DNA of 36,689 bases. Origin: Jimgerdemannia flammicorona (taxonomy: Eukaryota). The notes under the pieces are model-generated. The model made no database searches, was not told where the DNA came from, and worked only from the letters and a program-made list of their open reading frames with translations. This document shows positions 33,846 through 36,689 of this stretch, in pieces (position 1 is the first letter of the stretch; each line of letters opens with the position of its first letter). A program made the translations under genes and the position numbers. The stretch is taken from the NCBI GenBank assembly GCA_003990765.1, contig RBNJ01000205.1:1-36689 (forward strand), in the 5' to 3' direction.

Positions 33846-35869
33846 TCATGGAAGCGGACTGAGTAAATGGTCTCCAGTATGCAAGTCAAGATGACTGCGG
33901 GGGGCAGAATCTGGCTGATCAGGCTTGTTCTGGGCAGAAAGCAGGATGTCAGAGCTCGACGCTTGAATTTGGGACTGAACGGACACTAGAACGTGCGACG
34001 TGTCATCGGAAGATTCAGTCTGGACGTGCTTCTGCAATGGCTTTCGGGTGATGACAAAGATGAGGATGGCAATTACGACGACCAACAAGCCACCTACTAC
34101 AGCAATTGTTATAATAATGCCTTCTGAAGCGAAAGGTCCGTTCGGGGTATTGGTAGAGTTGGGGGAGGAGGAGGGGGAGGGGGAGGAGGAGGGAGAGGAA
34201 GGAGGGGAGAGGGTGAAGCCAGTGATCCACTGGAATGATTTCGTTCTGGTATCTAAGACGCTGACATCGTTGAAGAGTGCATCCCAATTTGTTGTACCTG
34301 TTATCAACAATATAATAAAAATGAATGTGAGATACATAATGAAGAACCGAGACAAAATTCTTTAAAAACGTTAATGGCATCAGAGCTAATCTGGGGAGTG
34401 AGAAAGAATGAGAGGAAAAATGTTAAAGCAACAATAAATTCTCATACTTACCAAAAAAAATAATCATCTGTCCATTGACAAAGATCGAAGAAATTGCCAT
34501 CCTCGGTGATGGAGCATTACCATTTCCTTCGACTTCTGGTATCGTCCAGTACCAGTTCTGCGTGTCAAGCACAGCGACGTCGTTGAATGATACAGTATTA
34601 TTTTGACCACAGCATATGACGATAGAGATGTCATCAGTACCTATTTAGTAAGACAACAGTTGTTAAAATTTCAATGTCTGCAAAATTAAATATGTATGAC
34701 ATAACAATGTTACTTACTCAAAATAGCAGTATGCATAAGGCGTACGGGAGGGATCGCGCCCGTCGCATAAATCTGTTTCCATGTAGCGCTATTGGTACTG
34801 TCAGACGGGGAAGTCAAGAGAAAATTATAATGATAGTCAACCTTCGAGATCCGTAATAGTTTATTGTATTTCTAATACTTCAAGATAACTTACTCAAAAA
34901 TAGGAATATCTTCCATTGGTGCAAGTTTCCTAGTAACAACTGTTACATTGGGTTGCTGCATAGTCGTACCTCCGATGAAGACCATCTGACCATTGCTAGA
35001 ATAAAATCGCAAATCAAAATATCATATGTATAGTAAGGCATTTCGACAAGGGGAATAAGGGAGGAGAAATAGAGATTGTAAAAAAAAAAAAAAAAAAAAA
35101 TAAAAAAAAAAAAAAAAAAAAAAAAACGTAACATACTGGAGCATTGTTACTGTGTAATCCATTCTCGGTAGAGGCTTCTGCCCAATAATGTCGAGAACGT
35201 TCCATACAAGTTTTTTTGTATCAAATGTAATCATATCATCAAATGCATGCAGAGCATTTTGATCGGTAGTGTATGCTGCCCGTTATATAACAAGGGTAAA
35301 AGCGGTTAACTCATGGTGATCGTTCAATGTCGGAAACTTAGGATAAATCACAAACTACCTGTGTGCCAATCGCCAACCCCGCCCCACATGTAAGCAACCC
35401 CGGATGAAGTCCATGAAGCGGACAACTTCCTCCTTTGCAGTGGTATATTCACGACGGTAGATGGAATCGACCAAGTCTTCGTAACGATATTGTACTGGGC
35501 AAATCCATTTTGCGACAATGATTGATTGATGTTGTTACCACCGCCCCAGACATAAAACGACACGTTATCTGCGGAAGGCCACATCGTCTGGAACGCGCTC
35601 TGTGGAGCAACGGAGCTGCCGGTAGTGGTATCTGTCAGGTCGACCCACGGTGGGTTTGCGGAAGTCCAGGGTTGGGAGACATCGAGAGTGTACAAGTTTG
35701 ACGTAGCAACAAATTTAGAAGCAATTCGTCTATAGCCACCGTATACGAAGATAGTGTCTTGGATAAGCACGGCGGACTGGCCGTACATGGGGACAGGTGT
35801 GAACCCCGTGGCGAGACGGGCTGCCGTTGCGAGCAAGGCGACAATTGCCAGGAGGGTGGGTTTCGCCAT
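33846..35869 (-). CDS. Kelch/galactose-oxidase-like beta-propeller, single-pass type I membrane protein (490 aa predicted, 6 exons)
   Basis: Exons 35869-35359, 35275-35137, 34995-34894, 34797-34718, 34640-34452 and 34297-33846 join via GT-AG introns into 1473 nt with no stop. Signal peptide MAKPTLLAIVALLA; kelch GG motifs (IFVYGG, YVWGG, YMWGG, VFIGG); S/P stalk; TM helix IIITIAVVGGLLVVVIAILIFVI. Normal CpG content. Confidence 0.9.
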
Positions 35870-36689
35870 TGGGGATTGATGGGCAGGAAAGGAAGGCTGA
35901 CAGGTTTTCTAACGGATACTGGATCGACGTTGAAATTCTATTGGATCAATAAATAGCATATAAAGGTCAGATATAGATGTCACCGTGACTGCGACATCGC
36001 CGTCAAAATTAAATTATGATGTCACTATCGCCGAAAATAATAGCGAGCTATCCAAGCAAGCTAGTCTACATGGATGAGATATTTTTAACAAACTCGTCTC
36101 ACGGCGTCCTGCAATAGGTACAGCAAACCAACCTGAGGTAGAGGGGGTAAAAGTTGTAGAAAAGGGACTTGGAAGGTTGCCTACCAAAACCTTGTAACCT
36201 ACCAAACCATTCTTCAGCACCATTGTCTCACACTTATACCAGTTAAGCTTCACCCCAGAGTACTCCTCATACCCACCTGACGGTTTCGTCCGCTGTCTCG
36301 GCCAAGTAGCTTCCTTGCCGTCTCTTCGCCGAGTAGCCAAGGCGAGAATCGGGGCCTTGGCGACCCGAGAAGGTGGGATCGGTTGAAGGATGACGATGGT
36401 TGTCGAAAATGTTGCATTTTGGGGGCAACTGTGGCGAGCGTGCCTCATAGACGGGATCTAGCGAGCTGCCTACTGACGTTGTGTGGGCGTTGTCGTTGGG
36501 GAGGGCGGTGTTGTATTCAAGTTTGGCTCTTGTGGCGTAAGCCGACTGTTTTAACTGAGTACTCTCTCTGCTCAGCATTTAGTCAAATCGATATTGTCAG
36601 GAGATAGTTTATTATATTGGCATTCGAGTTCGTATAACTATTAAATAATGGACGAGCATACCTATTTATTTAACTTTTTTTTTTTTTTT

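Noticed and set aside
35080..35126. Long A-run as a retroposon tail
   Set aside because: No body or TSD seen; it is a T-tract within intron 2 of the kelch gene.
36014..36607. ORFs upstream of the kelch gene
   Set aside because: Short, mutually overlapping, with no motifs or convincing splice structure.

Overview
Eukaryotic, almost certainly fungal, DNA; a Mucoromycota-like origin is inferred from gene style and cargo families, not proven. Bases 1-~33,016 are a nested transposon graveyard with near-total CpG loss and many extra C>T/G>A transitions. From ~33,000 CpG content is normal and there is one intact-looking 6-exon kelch-repeat type I membrane protein gene (33846-35869, minus). A minus-strand Ty3/gypsy gag-protease is split by two DNA transposons. 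(i) A 6.5-kb hAT element (2743-9223, 8-bp TSD CCTATCAG) carries a convergent, spliced second gene with a TET/JBP-like 2OG-Fe(II) dioxygenase signature; this is the best candidate for a novel system. (ii) An 8.3-kb piggyBac-type element (9376-17640, TIRs flanked by ATAT) carries a Crinkler-like PD-(D/E)xK nuclease gene and a Cys4 zinc-motif ORF. A U6-headed SINE-like insert with a 14-bp TSD sits in an intron of the nuclease gene. Further right, a gypsy integrase-chromodomain is split by a full-length L1/Tx1 LINE. It is followed by long palindromic modules and a Penelope-like element with no visible endonuclease, whose pseudo-LTRs hold two solo LTRs. All TE ORFs are pseudogenes. Protein family calls come from motifs read by eye and need HMM confirmation.
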